Shown here: positions 19,501-29,908 of the stretch, in pieces
How the letters are laid out: every line of letters begins with the position of its first letter
Numbering within the stretch: the stretch's first letter is position 1
IMG/VR virus record: IMGVR_UViG_3300037063_000214
Source of the DNA: a virus
Strand: one strand, 5' to 3'
Length of the DNA: 64,000 nt
The notes under the pieces: generated by a model
The model's database searches: none
Told to the model about the DNA's origin: nothing
What the model saw: only the letters and a program-made list of their open reading frames with translations
Position numbers and translations under genes: made by a program

Positions 19501-20640
19501 GCTATGCGAGCAGACAATGTAGAAACTACATTTTTGGTTCCTTTACATACAAATGATTTTATACCCCCTATCAATAAAGATACTCGTAAAACTATACGTT
19601 TTATAACCCCAGGGCAGCGTGGCTTTGCTACAGCAACTCCCCACATCGGGTTCGCTATTACAGCCCCCACCCCTCGTACAGTATTAGGACAGAATCTACA
19701 GAACACTACTGCACCAATTACTTTATACGTGGACAACTCCGGAGCTGGGAACGACAATAACAGCGGATTGACGGCGCTTGAAGCTAAGGCTACATTTGCT
19801 GGGGCTATGGCCGAACTTCCTCCAGTATTGAGTTTCCCTTGTGTAATTATTTTCAATTCAACTGGGGTGCCTTATAGTATTTCAGCTCTTCAAAGTTCCC
19901 TGCAAACAGTAGCTTTAGGGGATGGTGATATTCGCTCACAGAAACAGTACTGTTTGGGAAATTTGTCTCGGACTATTCAAGGAGAAGGCAGGTTAGTAAT
20001 TTCTCAAGCCCCGCTTGCTTCGAGTCCAGTGATAATTACAGCATCAGGATTCGCAGGATTTGGAGATGGGCCTACGGCTGCTTTTTACATTGATACCAGT
20101 CGAGTAATTTTAAATGGTATACAGTTTGTAGGGTTCACCAATCCAGCTATTGTAGCGTATAACGCTGATATTGATATGGTTGGATGCTCATGGATTGGTA
20201 ATGCACAAGCAGGGTCGTACATTGGTTGTGACAGCGTTATTCTAGATGGTGGATATACATCCTTGGCAGATAACACCACAGGACATGTATGTGTGCAGTC
20301 AAATTTAACTTCTTCGAATCATAATCTCATAGTTAGCGGACCATCTGTCCCCCCAGAGCCTGGTATTTTTTATGTAGGAACTAGAGGGTCTACCGTAAAT
20401 CTGCAAGTACATGCAGCTGGTTCTTCATCGCAGACAGATGAAAATTGGACAGTACCCACACCTACATTTATTGTAGTAGAAGCTCAATTGAATTCCAGTG
20501 TAGCAGTATCATCTACTTTTCAAACTAATGGATCGGCTGTATTACAAGCCAATTCTGTATTACAACAAACAGCAGTTACTAATTCGTTTTTAGGTGGGGT
20601 GGTGGTAGATGCTAGTTCGTCAGTAGTGACCCAAGTATAA
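16600..20640 (+). CDS. Giant fibre/adhesin-like structural protein (1346 aa) with a CBM5/12-like motif
   Basis: TAAATG coupling. WNSITTYNQGDVVTYSGYTYSSTQ...SSW is a CBM5/12-like motif. Thr/Ser/Asn/Gly-rich. Confidence 0.65.
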   Translation: MSDQYDQKQYPLIVSRTLNPSMKALATVVARHDAEITDADINLIQDLQDLKRSQILQDKSCVSGCLTYAPLQYNTAIANTFFIPTFDVLWNNIEILTIAGNMSPDLTQNRVQIPTPQNWTPGVNAQDAQIYVVFLEIWYQALNPVTGQGYYQDPITGLNYFYPYGGVNPDPSNAEIVPDDSIDPFEGLFTTERAQIQWRINVQPVALTYNFQTYQFGLDPDTTDASPYGVPLNVYAQAGQPAPIAASQYQFYNMGNVNGDTGLWRAGSPPWNSITTYNQGDVVTYSGYTYSSTQGSNLNNIPSSNSSWVVTSTGNVNNSLGTMDGYSYAMPLAVIFQRNTGIFDVNSNIFGCASATTPNSGVLANPVSGRFDSRLADQIFSDNVVDTRIINTLDAWDGELLLGNGFGDLVQGKTQLALSRGLSSGNKAEDLGSTLPYYVSIGTTPSGGTIPNTFPAGLFDGFMNGFSSDARTYESTYQITTSQKSTGISGNNWVLGDSFTITLPSTSQATITDISVTALVTQGTTKVPAALLQGQITITGLGSSSATVTFTTNLTGTLFDPGSNNLYATISTTYAAGTNVNLQQIPFTVDGGSIFDAQAGATMPVFGISEYDVQVPQVVLAPSNPVYQTGGASFGVSANSVYAISPKYSDIVLGTKIWLAVPGSLGTSQTIGGNSVTTFMLPMTGISGQLNGLYCTSAWDLASDAPYTISSCVMTSTTPAGIMLVVQLQASVSPSSTIIFSILAQNTVQTTYNAPVKGITSIEETVMFGNYQLNQNASQNFPCDTRVVVENVSQPGGSGTPTTIVLGANGCTIKGISGNDVSSLIWVADNSGNLNSLPITSINFVNDVVVVVVPGTVNLVGNSAQPFLFCGSILPALSATSTFIVEIRYIPYQGEGVINRDYEILASEDNALVTSNGTGSAPIIGLTDVYPYNRELPIITTLPAQSSWGDAGLTNTPLASVFDSNYVAMRADNVETTFLVPLHTNDFIPPINKDTRKTIRFITPGQRGFATATPHIGFAITAPTPRTVLGQNLQNTTAPITLYVDNSGAGNDNNSGLTALEAKATFAGAMAELPPVLSFPCVIIFNSTGVPYSISALQSSLQTVALGDGDIRSQKQYCLGNLSRTIQGEGRLVISQAPLASSPVIITASGFAGFGDGPTAAFYIDTSRVILNGIQFVGFTNPAIVAYNADIDMVGCSWIGNAQAGSYIGCDSVILDGGYTSLADNTTGHVCVQSNLTSSNHNLIVSGPSVPPEPGIFYVGTRGSTVNLQVHAAGSSSQTDENWTVPTPTFIVVEAQLNSSVAVSSTFQTNGSAVLQANSVLQQTAVTNSFLGGVVVDASSSVVTQV

Positions 20641-20642
20641 TT

Positions 20643-23600
20643 ATGTCAAATCCAAATGTACCTCTTTATAATTCGGCTCCAGCAACGGCGATTGTAGACC
20701 AAAACTACAATCTAACTTTAAGTTGGGTACCAACACCAGATCCAAACACTGGGTTGTATACGCTCTATGATCACTGGGATATATCATCTACTGTTGATTC
20801 TCTCCCCACTCAATTGGTTAAGTTTTCCCCACCCGCTGGGTGGAGTACGGCGGGTGGTAGTTTAACTTTCACACAAGTTCTATCGGCAGGAAATGTTGTT
20901 ACTTTAAGTATGCAAGCATGGTTAGATACAGCAGAAACTACTTATCTAACTAATCCATGGGAAATTTCAGACCTTGCAACCCCAAGATTTTTTCCCAACG
21001 CTTTAGTGTCTTCTACTTTAACCTTTTACAACGGTACATCAAATTCTACATCCCTAGAGTTGGGACAACCTCTTACTGTAACTCTCAATCCAGCTTATGT
21101 AGCTGCCGGTCAATGGCAAATACTTTGGCCCGATGGAACTAATACAGGTTGGTTACCTTTGTCTATTCGAGCAATTACTAAATCTTTCTCTACACCGGGA
21201 GCTGGAAATGTAGTAATTCAAACTCGTTATAGCTATTCTGGAAGTCAATATGACCCGCCCACTACACTTATTCGTCAATTTACCCAACAAATTTATGTAG
21301 TTGATCAACAGTCTCCCCAAACACAAGGAACCACCGTAGGGTTAACTGGTTATTTAGGTATCAGTGGACAACAAGGATTTGAAATTGTAACATCTTCCAC
21401 ACCAGGATATACAATTCAACCTTGGGAAGTCATCGCACGAGCAATTGTCAGAGACACAATTACTAATGAATTAAAACTTCTGGTTGCGACATCCAGATAT
21501 TCCAATGCTAGTTCTTTATTTGGCACTATGGCGGTGGATGTGTTTCCACTGGAGGGTCGTCCTCACGCAAAAGGGCTGATTACTCCTCCGTACGAATTGA
21601 CAACTACATCACAAACAGAAACATCGCCTGTAGTAATATCTACTACATCTCTTCCAAATTTGATTGTAGGTAAATCTGTAACTCAAATATTGGGGGGAGT
21701 ACCACTGCAATTAACTACGAGTGCGGGAAGTGGCATAGCTCCTTTTATTTGGAATTCTACAGGACTGCCAAATGGCATTGTAATGAATACTAGTGGAGTA
21801 GTTAGTGGAACACCATTGGAATTAGGATTGTTCTACGCAACTTTTTCTGTGCAAGATTCCAGTATTCCATTCTCTATCGCAGAAGTAACCTTACCTCTAT
21901 TAGTAACAACTGATTTGTTAGTTGAAATAGCTCCGGGGCAGACTGACGCTAACGGTAATACTTTAGTACAAACTGGAAGCACTTTGGGTTGGGCTCAAGT
22001 TAATACACCGTATGCTGTTCAGATGCAGGTTGGAAATATAAATACTTCAGTGTCTATTCCTGGAGGACTTCCTCCTTATACTTGGAGTATTCCAGCGGGC
22101 GCTTTACCAGTTGGTTTGAGCATCAACCCCAATACAGGATTGATATCGGGAAGTCCTTGTACTTATAACTCAACCACAGACTTTTCTACTGTTTATTCAG
22201 CTACAGTTCAGGTAACAGATGCTATTGGTGCTAAAGCCACTCAAACTTACACTATGCAACTAGAGCCTGCAATGTTGACTTTTGGGCAACTAGATCAACC
22301 AGTGATATACGCTACACAACAGTTTAGATTAGTGGTTCCCGTTTTCGGTGGACTGTCCCCTTATGTTTTGTCTGATTTTTTAATTCCATCATCTGATTCT
22401 TCTTACTACAGTACCGCTAGTTTGATCGATGGACAGGTGATACTAGATTGTAATTTCCCTCAAAATGCTACGGGGGTTCACACGTTTTCTCTTATCGTAC
22501 GTGATAGCGCATCTCATACTGCTAACTCGTCTTTCAATGTTAACGTAGAGTCGCAAACAAACGAGTCATTTTTAGTGCCAGGTTTCTTAGATTATGCGTG
22601 GCAAAGCTCTACTGATGTTTCTAAACCCACTCCTATACCAGTCACAGGTAATTTTTCAGGGTTTATTTTAAACGGATTGATTGTTGAACTAGATGCCGTT
22701 GCCGCGGCAGCGGGGGGAACTACAATCTATACAGATAGTGGATTTGGGTGTTCTTTTGGTGGAGGATCAGCAAACGCTTATGCTGGGTATACTTTTGCCG
22801 TATCGGGATTCCAAAACTCAGTTAATAACGGAACTTTTTTATGTACTGCATCTACAACTAGCTCTTTGACTTTGAATAATCCAAACGGAGTAGCTGAAAA
22901 TCTGTTTCCGATTACATTCACTTTAACTTCAACTTCGCCAGTTACAGGTGTTCTTACTAATGTTGATTCCCCTTTTATTACAACTACAACATACACTGGA
23001 ACTGTTTCTGGGGGTGCTGGCAACGCTTATGCTGGGCAATCCTTTGAAGTAAGCGGATTTCCAACCGCCGCAAATAACGGAACATTCTATTGTACTAATT
23101 CTTCATCAACTACTCTAACATTATCAAATCCTAACGGTGTAGCAGAAACTGGGATATCATCTCCACCTGCGACTGCTGTTCAATCTTCCGCTAAAGCTCT
23201 ACAAGTTCAAAAAGGAGCCGTCTTATCAAACGGCATCACTGTAGCAATCGATCCTAATGTACCGGAAATTGAATTTTCTGGCCCACCGTCTGGAGTTATC
23301 GGAAATGCACAATACATCGTACCTCTCCAATTTCAATTAGAATTTGAAGGGAGTATACAGGCTACTATTTCACAAACCTTTACAACCTTAGCGGCTAATG
23401 CTATATCACCTCCTTGGCTCACCGGAGATATTGGGGCTATATCAACTACTACTCGTCCTTATTTATTTGGGGCATCGCAAAATGAACTGGTTGGATTAAA
23501 TCCTCGTAAACCTTTTTATAATTCACCAAGCATTCCTGCTTTTAGTCCTACACCCACACCCACGGATGGTCCATGGGTAGCAGCCGTCCAGAGCGGTTCC

Positions 23601-26258
23601 GGACTTCCTCCTGGTTTGTCTCTTGACGCTAATACAGGATTGATTTATGGAACTCTGGTTGGTTCATATTTTAGTCCAAGTGTGATACAGTATGTAGGAA
23701 CATCAGGGACAATTCACGGTACGGTGACAATTTCTTGGACAGTCGTCCAAAGTATGTTCCAGTTACAGGATAACATTATCGATAGTGAATTACTAGGTAC
23801 AATGTATCCATCAAATAGTAATATCTCTGTTCCTGGGGGTATTATTCCACAAACAGCTTCTATATTATACGGAAGATTGCCCTCTGGATTAACCCTCAGT
23901 GGTACCCCAACAGGACAAAATTTCTTGATCACCGGCACCCCACTGGAGGCTGGATACTTTGATGTCTGGTTTCAGATAACATCAACAAATAATCAATCAT
24001 CATATTTACACCACCGTTTTTCAATTAATTTTATTAATCCTTTGACAATTGTTACGACATTATTACCCAACATCAGCGCTCAATCTTTCGCTCCTTATTA
24101 CGCGCTTTTACAGGGATTCGGTGGAGTACCGCCCTATACTTGGTCGTCAAGTAACTTCCCCGGAGGTACGGGTATCGGGAACTTCTCAGGGCTGACTTTA
24201 TCTAGTAGTGGTGTAATATCTTCAGCATCTCCTTGGACGCAAGCCCCAGCTACTCCTACGGATTTGGGGGATATTTCTATAACTTTAACAGACTCTCGTG
24301 GTAGTAATTCGTCTGTAAACACATCTCTGGATTTATACTACAGTAATAGTTTGACTATTATAACTCCATCGCCTCACGGAATTGCAATAGTGACTGATGA
24401 TCCTAATGGGTACGCTTTTATCATGCAAGCAGCGGGTGGAAATCCACCGTATTCCTGGAGTTATTCTGGTGGTACTTTGCCTAGCGGTATATCATTTAGT
24501 TCTTTAGGTGCGTTTTCAGGTATATGGACTGGAAGTCCATATGTCGCAACTCCAATTACGATTACAGTACAGGATAGTACTTCCCCGACCCCTGTTACTA
24601 CATCGGCGGTTTTCAATATACAAACCGGATCACTTACAGCGGGGATTGAATTTTCAACTGGTAGTTTTAGTTTATTTAAGCCTCGTGTTGGAACTGTAGG
24701 GTTTATTCCACGAGGAGAACCATATCAAGGAACTCTTATAGGGATATGTACTCAGCCCCCAGTAGCATGGCAGATAGCTCCAACAGCAGCTTATTCCAAT
24801 ACTTTATTATCTGGATTAACTTTACAAGCTAGTGGTAACGGGGCTACGGCTACTATTTCTGGGACATACTCAGGAGTGCCTCATGTAGCTACAACTATAG
24901 ACGGAATATCTATTACACAAGTAGCTCGATCTGGAACCTTGACTACTATCACAGCTAATAATACATTACAAGTGGGGGATTATGTTATAGTAACATCTTC
25001 ATCTAATTCATCACTGAATGGAACATGGCTTGTAACATTTGTAGATGGTACATTCCCAGCATCTAATACATTATTCAAATTTAATACTGTGGCCTCAGGT
25101 ACAATTCTTCCCACAGCGGATACAGGAACAGCTACGGGATTGGGGTATATCATACGAGTAATCGCTGTCGATAATTTAGGTGATACAGCGGAGGCTCTGA
25201 TACCCCTTATAACAGGAACTAACTTAGTTGTCATAGGGTGGGATACTATACCTCCATCGAATTCCCCCTTCGGATATTCTTTTCCTTTACCGAATGATAT
25301 TATTACAGCACCTTATGGTCCTCTTCAGCTTATCGCAACCCACGGAGTACCGGTTGGTACTAATACAGATGGTTATAATCAATACACCTGGAATAGCCCA
25401 CAGTTTCCGTTAAACGGCCTCATACTCGCAGCGACAGGAGCAACATCAGGTCAAATATCTGGTGCAGCCTCATCTTTATTTAGTCCAAATCCTTTGAATT
25501 GTAGCTTTACAGTTACGGACAGTATCTATAATCAATCTACAATTATTTTACCCCTATTTTCACAAGTATCTGGACTAACTATTACAACGGTTGTACTACC
25601 TAATGTAATAGCCGGTCGAGCTTACGGTCCGATACAGATTACCGCGGCACTGGGTACCCCTCCTTATACATTCTCTGTGTCTCCGCGTACGGCTAGCCCT
25701 CTACCAACCGGAATCACTCTAACAAGTACAGGTGTTTTATCTGGTACTACTACTTTAGGTGGATACACAGAAAATGTGACACTGCGAGTTACGGATAGTA
25801 TCGGTGCTTATTCAGATACGACCTTCCCTCTGGTCGTTAAAGCTGGGTTGAATTTACAGACAGGTATCGACTATACGGACAGCACAAACACTTTGTCTTT
25901 AGGGTATATAACAGCGGCGGGTAATACTAACGATATAACCCCCAACCCAAATTTGTCTTTTTATGTTATAGCAACAGGGGTAATTTCCACCAGTTTGTCA
26001 AACCTTGTAATTACATTAAGTAACCCCAATGTTAATGCAAATCCCATCAGTCTAGTTAACGGGGTAGCTACATTTAGAATAAGTGAAACAACATCAGAGG
26101 GATTGAGCTTAGCATCTTTAGGTGTCAATAATTTAAGTGTAACAGTAGTGGATTCAGGAGTTAGTGTTACCAAAACATTTACATGGACAGTATACAACGA
26201 TGGAGTCATGGTGGTAGCCCCCGCAACGGGATCACTGCCAACACAAACAGTAGGATAA
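20643..26258 (+). CDS. Giant adhesin/fibre protein (1871 aa) with multiple putative-Ig (He_PIG / dystroglycan-type cadherin-like) repeats and two AYAGY...NNGTF-C modules
   Basis: Repeats such as GGLPPYTWSIPAGALPVGLSINPNTGLISGSP, SGLPPGLSLDANTGLIYGT, GGNPPYSWSYSGGTLPSGISFSS and GTPPYTFSVSPRTASPLPTGITLTSTGVLSGT. Also ANAYAGYTFAVSGFQNSVNNGTFLCT and GNAYAGQSFEVSGFPTAANNGTFYCT. Confidence 0.65.
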   Translation: MSNPNVPLYNSAPATAIVDQNYNLTLSWVPTPDPNTGLYTLYDHWDISSTVDSLPTQLVKFSPPAGWSTAGGSLTFTQVLSAGNVVTLSMQAWLDTAETTYLTNPWEISDLATPRFFPNALVSSTLTFYNGTSNSTSLELGQPLTVTLNPAYVAAGQWQILWPDGTNTGWLPLSIRAITKSFSTPGAGNVVIQTRYSYSGSQYDPPTTLIRQFTQQIYVVDQQSPQTQGTTVGLTGYLGISGQQGFEIVTSSTPGYTIQPWEVIARAIVRDTITNELKLLVATSRYSNASSLFGTMAVDVFPLEGRPHAKGLITPPYELTTTSQTETSPVVISTTSLPNLIVGKSVTQILGGVPLQLTTSAGSGIAPFIWNSTGLPNGIVMNTSGVVSGTPLELGLFYATFSVQDSSIPFSIAEVTLPLLVTTDLLVEIAPGQTDANGNTLVQTGSTLGWAQVNTPYAVQMQVGNINTSVSIPGGLPPYTWSIPAGALPVGLSINPNTGLISGSPCTYNSTTDFSTVYSATVQVTDAIGAKATQTYTMQLEPAMLTFGQLDQPVIYATQQFRLVVPVFGGLSPYVLSDFLIPSSDSSYYSTASLIDGQVILDCNFPQNATGVHTFSLIVRDSASHTANSSFNVNVESQTNESFLVPGFLDYAWQSSTDVSKPTPIPVTGNFSGFILNGLIVELDAVAAAAGGTTIYTDSGFGCSFGGGSANAYAGYTFAVSGFQNSVNNGTFLCTASTTSSLTLNNPNGVAENLFPITFTLTSTSPVTGVLTNVDSPFITTTTYTGTVSGGAGNAYAGQSFEVSGFPTAANNGTFYCTNSSSTTLTLSNPNGVAETGISSPPATAVQSSAKALQVQKGAVLSNGITVAIDPNVPEIEFSGPPSGVIGNAQYIVPLQFQLEFEGSIQATISQTFTTLAANAISPPWLTGDIGAISTTTRPYLFGASQNELVGLNPRKPFYNSPSIPAFSPTPTPTDGPWVAAVQSGSGLPPGLSLDANTGLIYGTLVGSYFSPSVIQYVGTSGTIHGTVTISWTVVQSMFQLQDNIIDSELLGTMYPSNSNISVPGGIIPQTASILYGRLPSGLTLSGTPTGQNFLITGTPLEAGYFDVWFQITSTNNQSSYLHHRFSINFINPLTIVTTLLPNISAQSFAPYYALLQGFGGVPPYTWSSSNFPGGTGIGNFSGLTLSSSGVISSASPWTQAPATPTDLGDISITLTDSRGSNSSVNTSLDLYYSNSLTIITPSPHGIAIVTDDPNGYAFIMQAAGGNPPYSWSYSGGTLPSGISFSSLGAFSGIWTGSPYVATPITITVQDSTSPTPVTTSAVFNIQTGSLTAGIEFSTGSFSLFKPRVGTVGFIPRGEPYQGTLIGICTQPPVAWQIAPTAAYSNTLLSGLTLQASGNGATATISGTYSGVPHVATTIDGISITQVARSGTLTTITANNTLQVGDYVIVTSSSNSSLNGTWLVTFVDGTFPASNTLFKFNTVASGTILPTADTGTATGLGYIIRVIAVDNLGDTAEALIPLITGTNLVVIGWDTIPPSNSPFGYSFPLPNDIITAPYGPLQLIATHGVPVGTNTDGYNQYTWNSPQFPLNGLILAATGATSGQISGAASSLFSPNPLNCSFTVTDSIYNQSTIILPLFSQVSGLTITTVVLPNVIAGRAYGPIQITAALGTPPYTFSVSPRTASPLPTGITLTSTGVLSGTTTLGGYTENVTLRVTDSIGAYSDTTFPLVVKAGLNLQTGIDYTDSTNTLSLGYITAAGNTNDITPNPNLSFYVIATGVISTSLSNLVITLSNPNVNANPISLVNGVATFRISETTSEGLSLASLGVNNLSVTVVDSGVSVTKTFTWTVYNDGVMVVAPATGSLPTQTVG

Positions 26259-26262
26259 AAAT

Positions 26263-28440
26263 ATGCCAACAGTAACAGAACAAATTAAAGTAACAGTAAC
26301 CGGAGCTAATCCAAATACTTATACATATTCTTTACCTGTGGATGTAACTACTGGATCTGGTGGTCCTCTAAGTATTACATTAACCGGCGTAAACCCAGGT
26401 CTGGACACAATTACGGCATCTATGGCATCTCACGGATATACATCAAATCCGGTAGAAGTAGCATGGCAACAAACAAACGGAACAGTGGCGGTAGGTCCTA
26501 TTTCCATAACTACTTACTCTTGTCCTAATGGATTTGTGGGTTATCCTGGTTTGACCGGTATTCTAGGGGGTCCTGTGATAGGTAATTCCCTAGTTCTTAA
26601 CCAAGAAAATGAAAACTGGCCGATTTCAGGATTTAATGACACTTTGGTACCTTGGGGCGCTTCGCATCCTACTCCTGATGGAGGTGGGTATAAATTAAAT
26701 CCAATGATCGTCGTAGAGCAAACATCATCGGGTGCTTACGCTAGTTATTTGGCAATACCTGGAACCGGTGGGAGTTTCACTTTAGATATGACGGGTAGCT
26801 TCGTGGTTAGTACCCCAGGAACTTACACTTTCTTTGTGGCTTTTGTGAACAGTGGCAACTACGGGGTATACATTGGAGGCGGGGCTACGGTAAGTTCCGC
26901 AACTAATGTTATTGGTCCCAACCCTTTTCCTTCTGTTGGACCTGTTAGTGGATTTCCTCTAGCTAGTCAAGTAAGTACAAACCTGGGTACTTATCCTCCA
27001 TACAGCTATATATATGTAAATTTTCCAGCGCCCGGGGTCTATCCATTCGAGGCAATTTATGTGCAAAGAACTTCAATTGATCCGGGGGGGTCTTCAAACG
27101 GAGCTTTTCAAATAGTTTATTTAGCTGGTACGCAACCAGATAATAATACCAATGTTGGATACCAGTCATATCCAGTTTCCCTAATATCAACACCGCCGAA
27201 TAGCAATCCCGGCACGGCACAGTTAGTGTTAACACCAACTGGTAGTGTAGCCCTGCAAGGAACATCTGATACACTCACTCTTGTAGTTCAAAACGTAATT
27301 TATACATCTTTTCCTTATTGTCCAATTTTCGAAGGAGTAAAGGGGTCTCTGTATGTGTCAAATGGGGTTAGTTCCGTTAACCCGAATTATTTTATCTATC
27401 CCACATACAACGGGAACAGCGTCAGCTTGACCGCCGCCGCTACACAAGGGGTTATAAATCTACAAGGAAATAACACATCATGGCAGGGTCGTTTAAGTCT
27501 TGCAGCCGATCCATCAAACAATTGGTTTGACTTAAATTACGGGGGTCAAAGTTTTGATTCCGGCGTAGCAAATACTCAACTTACAGTATATGCTGATGAT
27601 GTGGCATGGTATAATGCAGCAAATAAATCCTTCGATTCCTACGCGCCTCACTACCATGGGTACAACGGGGCGATTAGTTTTGGATTAGAAGTAGACTACA
27701 TGGTTAATCCGGGTTTGAATTCTCCTCCGGTTACATCATCTACGACATCTTTTTGGAGTTCAAGTTTCCCTCTAGGGTGTACAATCACTCTTAGTAAGCC
27801 CTTTTCACCTCAACAACAGGGAACTTTAGGGGACACGGGGAATTCTATTAGCTCGTCTATCACAGCCTCTGGAGGTGTGGTAATAACATCGACTAAACCA
27901 AATATTAACAGCTCTGGGTTTTTGACAGGTTGGACTCTTTATTTGCAGACCCCTCTTACTACCACAAACATTAATTTCAACATCATCGTTAATATTAGTG
28001 GTACGCTTACTTATTTGAATGGCACAAATTTTACTACGAAAGTTCTAACCTATGTTAATAACTACGCCATTCCATGCCTAGTTGTTGGCAGTCAATATCA
28101 AGCGCCAGTGTCTTACAGCTTTAGTACTACACCAGCATCTGGAAATGTTGCTGGCACATTTCAGTTATCAGCAACGGTGTATACAACAGACACGGGATCA
28201 GTGACTTTGAACTTTTTTAGGCAACCTTATCTTGGTGGAACATCTACTATATTGGGTGCTGGTATTTTAGGTACTCCGTATACAGGTACCGTGGGAGGTA
28301 AGACTGTATACTATAAACCCTTTACTCTGACTGTTACTATACCAACCGGGTTAGGGGATATGCTTATGGGATATATAGCAACTGATACTCTTAGTACCTT
28401 GTTTACCACTTATTACAGTTCCACGGAGTATAGTAGCTAA
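26263..28440 (+). CDS. Structural protein (725 aa), Thr/Ser/Gly-rich
   Basis: Long ORF coupled to neighbours; TAATG overlap at its 3' end. Confidence 0.6.
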   Translation: MPTVTEQIKVTVTGANPNTYTYSLPVDVTTGSGGPLSITLTGVNPGLDTITASMASHGYTSNPVEVAWQQTNGTVAVGPISITTYSCPNGFVGYPGLTGILGGPVIGNSLVLNQENENWPISGFNDTLVPWGASHPTPDGGGYKLNPMIVVEQTSSGAYASYLAIPGTGGSFTLDMTGSFVVSTPGTYTFFVAFVNSGNYGVYIGGGATVSSATNVIGPNPFPSVGPVSGFPLASQVSTNLGTYPPYSYIYVNFPAPGVYPFEAIYVQRTSIDPGGSSNGAFQIVYLAGTQPDNNTNVGYQSYPVSLISTPPNSNPGTAQLVLTPTGSVALQGTSDTLTLVVQNVIYTSFPYCPIFEGVKGSLYVSNGVSSVNPNYFIYPTYNGNSVSLTAAATQGVINLQGNNTSWQGRLSLAADPSNNWFDLNYGGQSFDSGVANTQLTVYADDVAWYNAANKSFDSYAPHYHGYNGAISFGLEVDYMVNPGLNSPPVTSSTTSFWSSSFPLGCTITLSKPFSPQQQGTLGDTGNSISSSITASGGVVITSTKPNINSSGFLTGWTLYLQTPLTTTNINFNIIVNISGTLTYLNGTNFTTKVLTYVNNYAIPCLVVGSQYQAPVSYSFSTTPASGNVAGTFQLSATVYTTDTGSVTLNFFRQPYLGGTSTILGAGILGTPYTGTVGGKTVYYKPFTLTVTIPTGLGDMLMGYIATDTLSTLFTTYYSSTEYSS

Positions 28441-29108
28441 TGGCAGACAATCTTGTTTACGGATACGCGGGACCACCATTCAATTTTTTGGGGCATTTCA
28501 GTGCAACGCAATGGAAGGCTTTTCAGAGCTACGTTAACGCTCGCACTAAAAATTTCCCAGCGATTCAACAACATTATCAAATTCGTGCCGCCCAACTGCG
28601 GAAGACCGCTGGTTTACTTGAAAAATTCTACGCCACAGTAAATGACATCCCACTTAACCCAACTTTCAATAAATTGGTTTGGAAACCAGGACCTCAAGGA
28701 CACTTTTACTACCCATTTCGGGATGATCATCTACCCATGGTCGCTATGTCCCAAATAAAATCGTATATGAGAGAACAATTTCAACGAATGGATGAAAGTG
28801 TATTTTCAATGAATCAGCTTCGCAATATCATTGAGAAAACAGAAGATAAAGCTCAAATTGCTAACATAGCTACTACTGATACTACCAGGGATATAGCTTC
28901 ATTAATTACTCAAATCAACAGTTATTTTAAGCAACCTCGCTTTGAGACTGTACTTGTAGACGATGTTTCAAATGTTTATCCAGCCGGGACGAGTAATCCT
29001 CGTTATAGCTGGCATAATTTAAACCCTCGTACACAATGGGAGATTGAACAAGTAGCAAATCCAGCGGGTACAGGAGCGTCTGTAAATATGCAGGATTTAG
29101 GGACATAA
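28440..29108 (+). CDS. Hypothetical structural/assembly protein (222 aa)
   Basis: TAATG overlap start. Non-repetitive composition, unlike the fibres, consistent with a baseplate or assembly protein. Confidence 0.55.
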   Translation: MADNLVYGYAGPPFNFLGHFSATQWKAFQSYVNARTKNFPAIQQHYQIRAAQLRKTAGLLEKFYATVNDIPLNPTFNKLVWKPGPQGHFYYPFRDDHLPMVAMSQIKSYMREQFQRMDESVFSMNQLRNIIEKTEDKAQIANIATTDTTRDIASLITQINSYFKQPRFETVLVDDVSNVYPAGTSNPRYSWHNLNPRTQWEIEQVANPAGTGASVNMQDLGT

Positions 29109-29109
29109 A

Positions 29110-29904
29110 ATGGGTACATATGATTACAATGTATTGACTAGCGACCCAATGTCTAAAGCTCCCATTGGAGCATGTAACCACGTTATCTCCTTTGAGCGGA
29201 TGGTAGTAAATCAAAACGATTTCCGTACTTTGAACTACGCTGGAAACACCACTCTCAATATGAGAGGTCCAATTAACGGAAGTACGAATGTGCAAATTTG
29301 GATTAGTGGAGAAGAGATTTTCTCCGATGATCCCGTTTACGGCTGGCAAGTTGTAATAGACCCAAATCGGATAGATACTTCAATACCGGCGGGTATTTTT
29401 TACAAAATAGTATTTAATCAATCGGTCAGATTAGTAATCCCACTAATTGAGGTATCTTATATTACTATACAAGGGTTCTGCTTAAAGTGCAGCGCTACGG
29501 GGTATGTGAATGATTTAAAACCATCTACTTCAGGTAATTTTTTACATGTTTCTGGAGCTAGTAAGTTAGTGCAAAAATCATTTAAATGGATTCTTGCATC
29601 AATGTGTCCCTTTTACCCTACTTTTATATGTCAGATTAAAAATTATCTAGGGAGAAAACTAGGGGCTCAAATTACAGATACCGATATTCAAACAGAAGTA
29701 GTGAATACTCTTAGTACGATGCAACAAGTTCAACAAGCGCAGGGAACAGTACAAAGTCTTGACCCACGGGAGATTCTAAAAGATATCATAAATGTAGTCG
29801 CTATTATTAGCCCAACTGATCCGACCACAATTTTACTGACAATTACGGTATCTAATTATAGTGGGCAGACGGTACCAATGAATTTTGAATTACCAATGAA
29901 TTAA
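29110..29904 (+). CDS. Hypothetical structural protein (264 aa)
   Basis: Starts 2 nt after the upstream stop; same operon. Confidence 0.55.
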   Translation: MGTYDYNVLTSDPMSKAPIGACNHVISFERMVVNQNDFRTLNYAGNTTLNMRGPINGSTNVQIWISGEEIFSDDPVYGWQVVIDPNRIDTSIPAGIFYKIVFNQSVRLVIPLIEVSYITIQGFCLKCSATGYVNDLKPSTSGNFLHVSGASKLVQKSFKWILASMCPFYPTFICQIKNYLGRKLGAQITDTDIQTEVVNTLSTMQQVQQAQGTVQSLDPREILKDIINVVAIISPTDPTTILLTITVSNYSGQTVPMNFELPMN

Positions 29905-29908
29905 ATAT

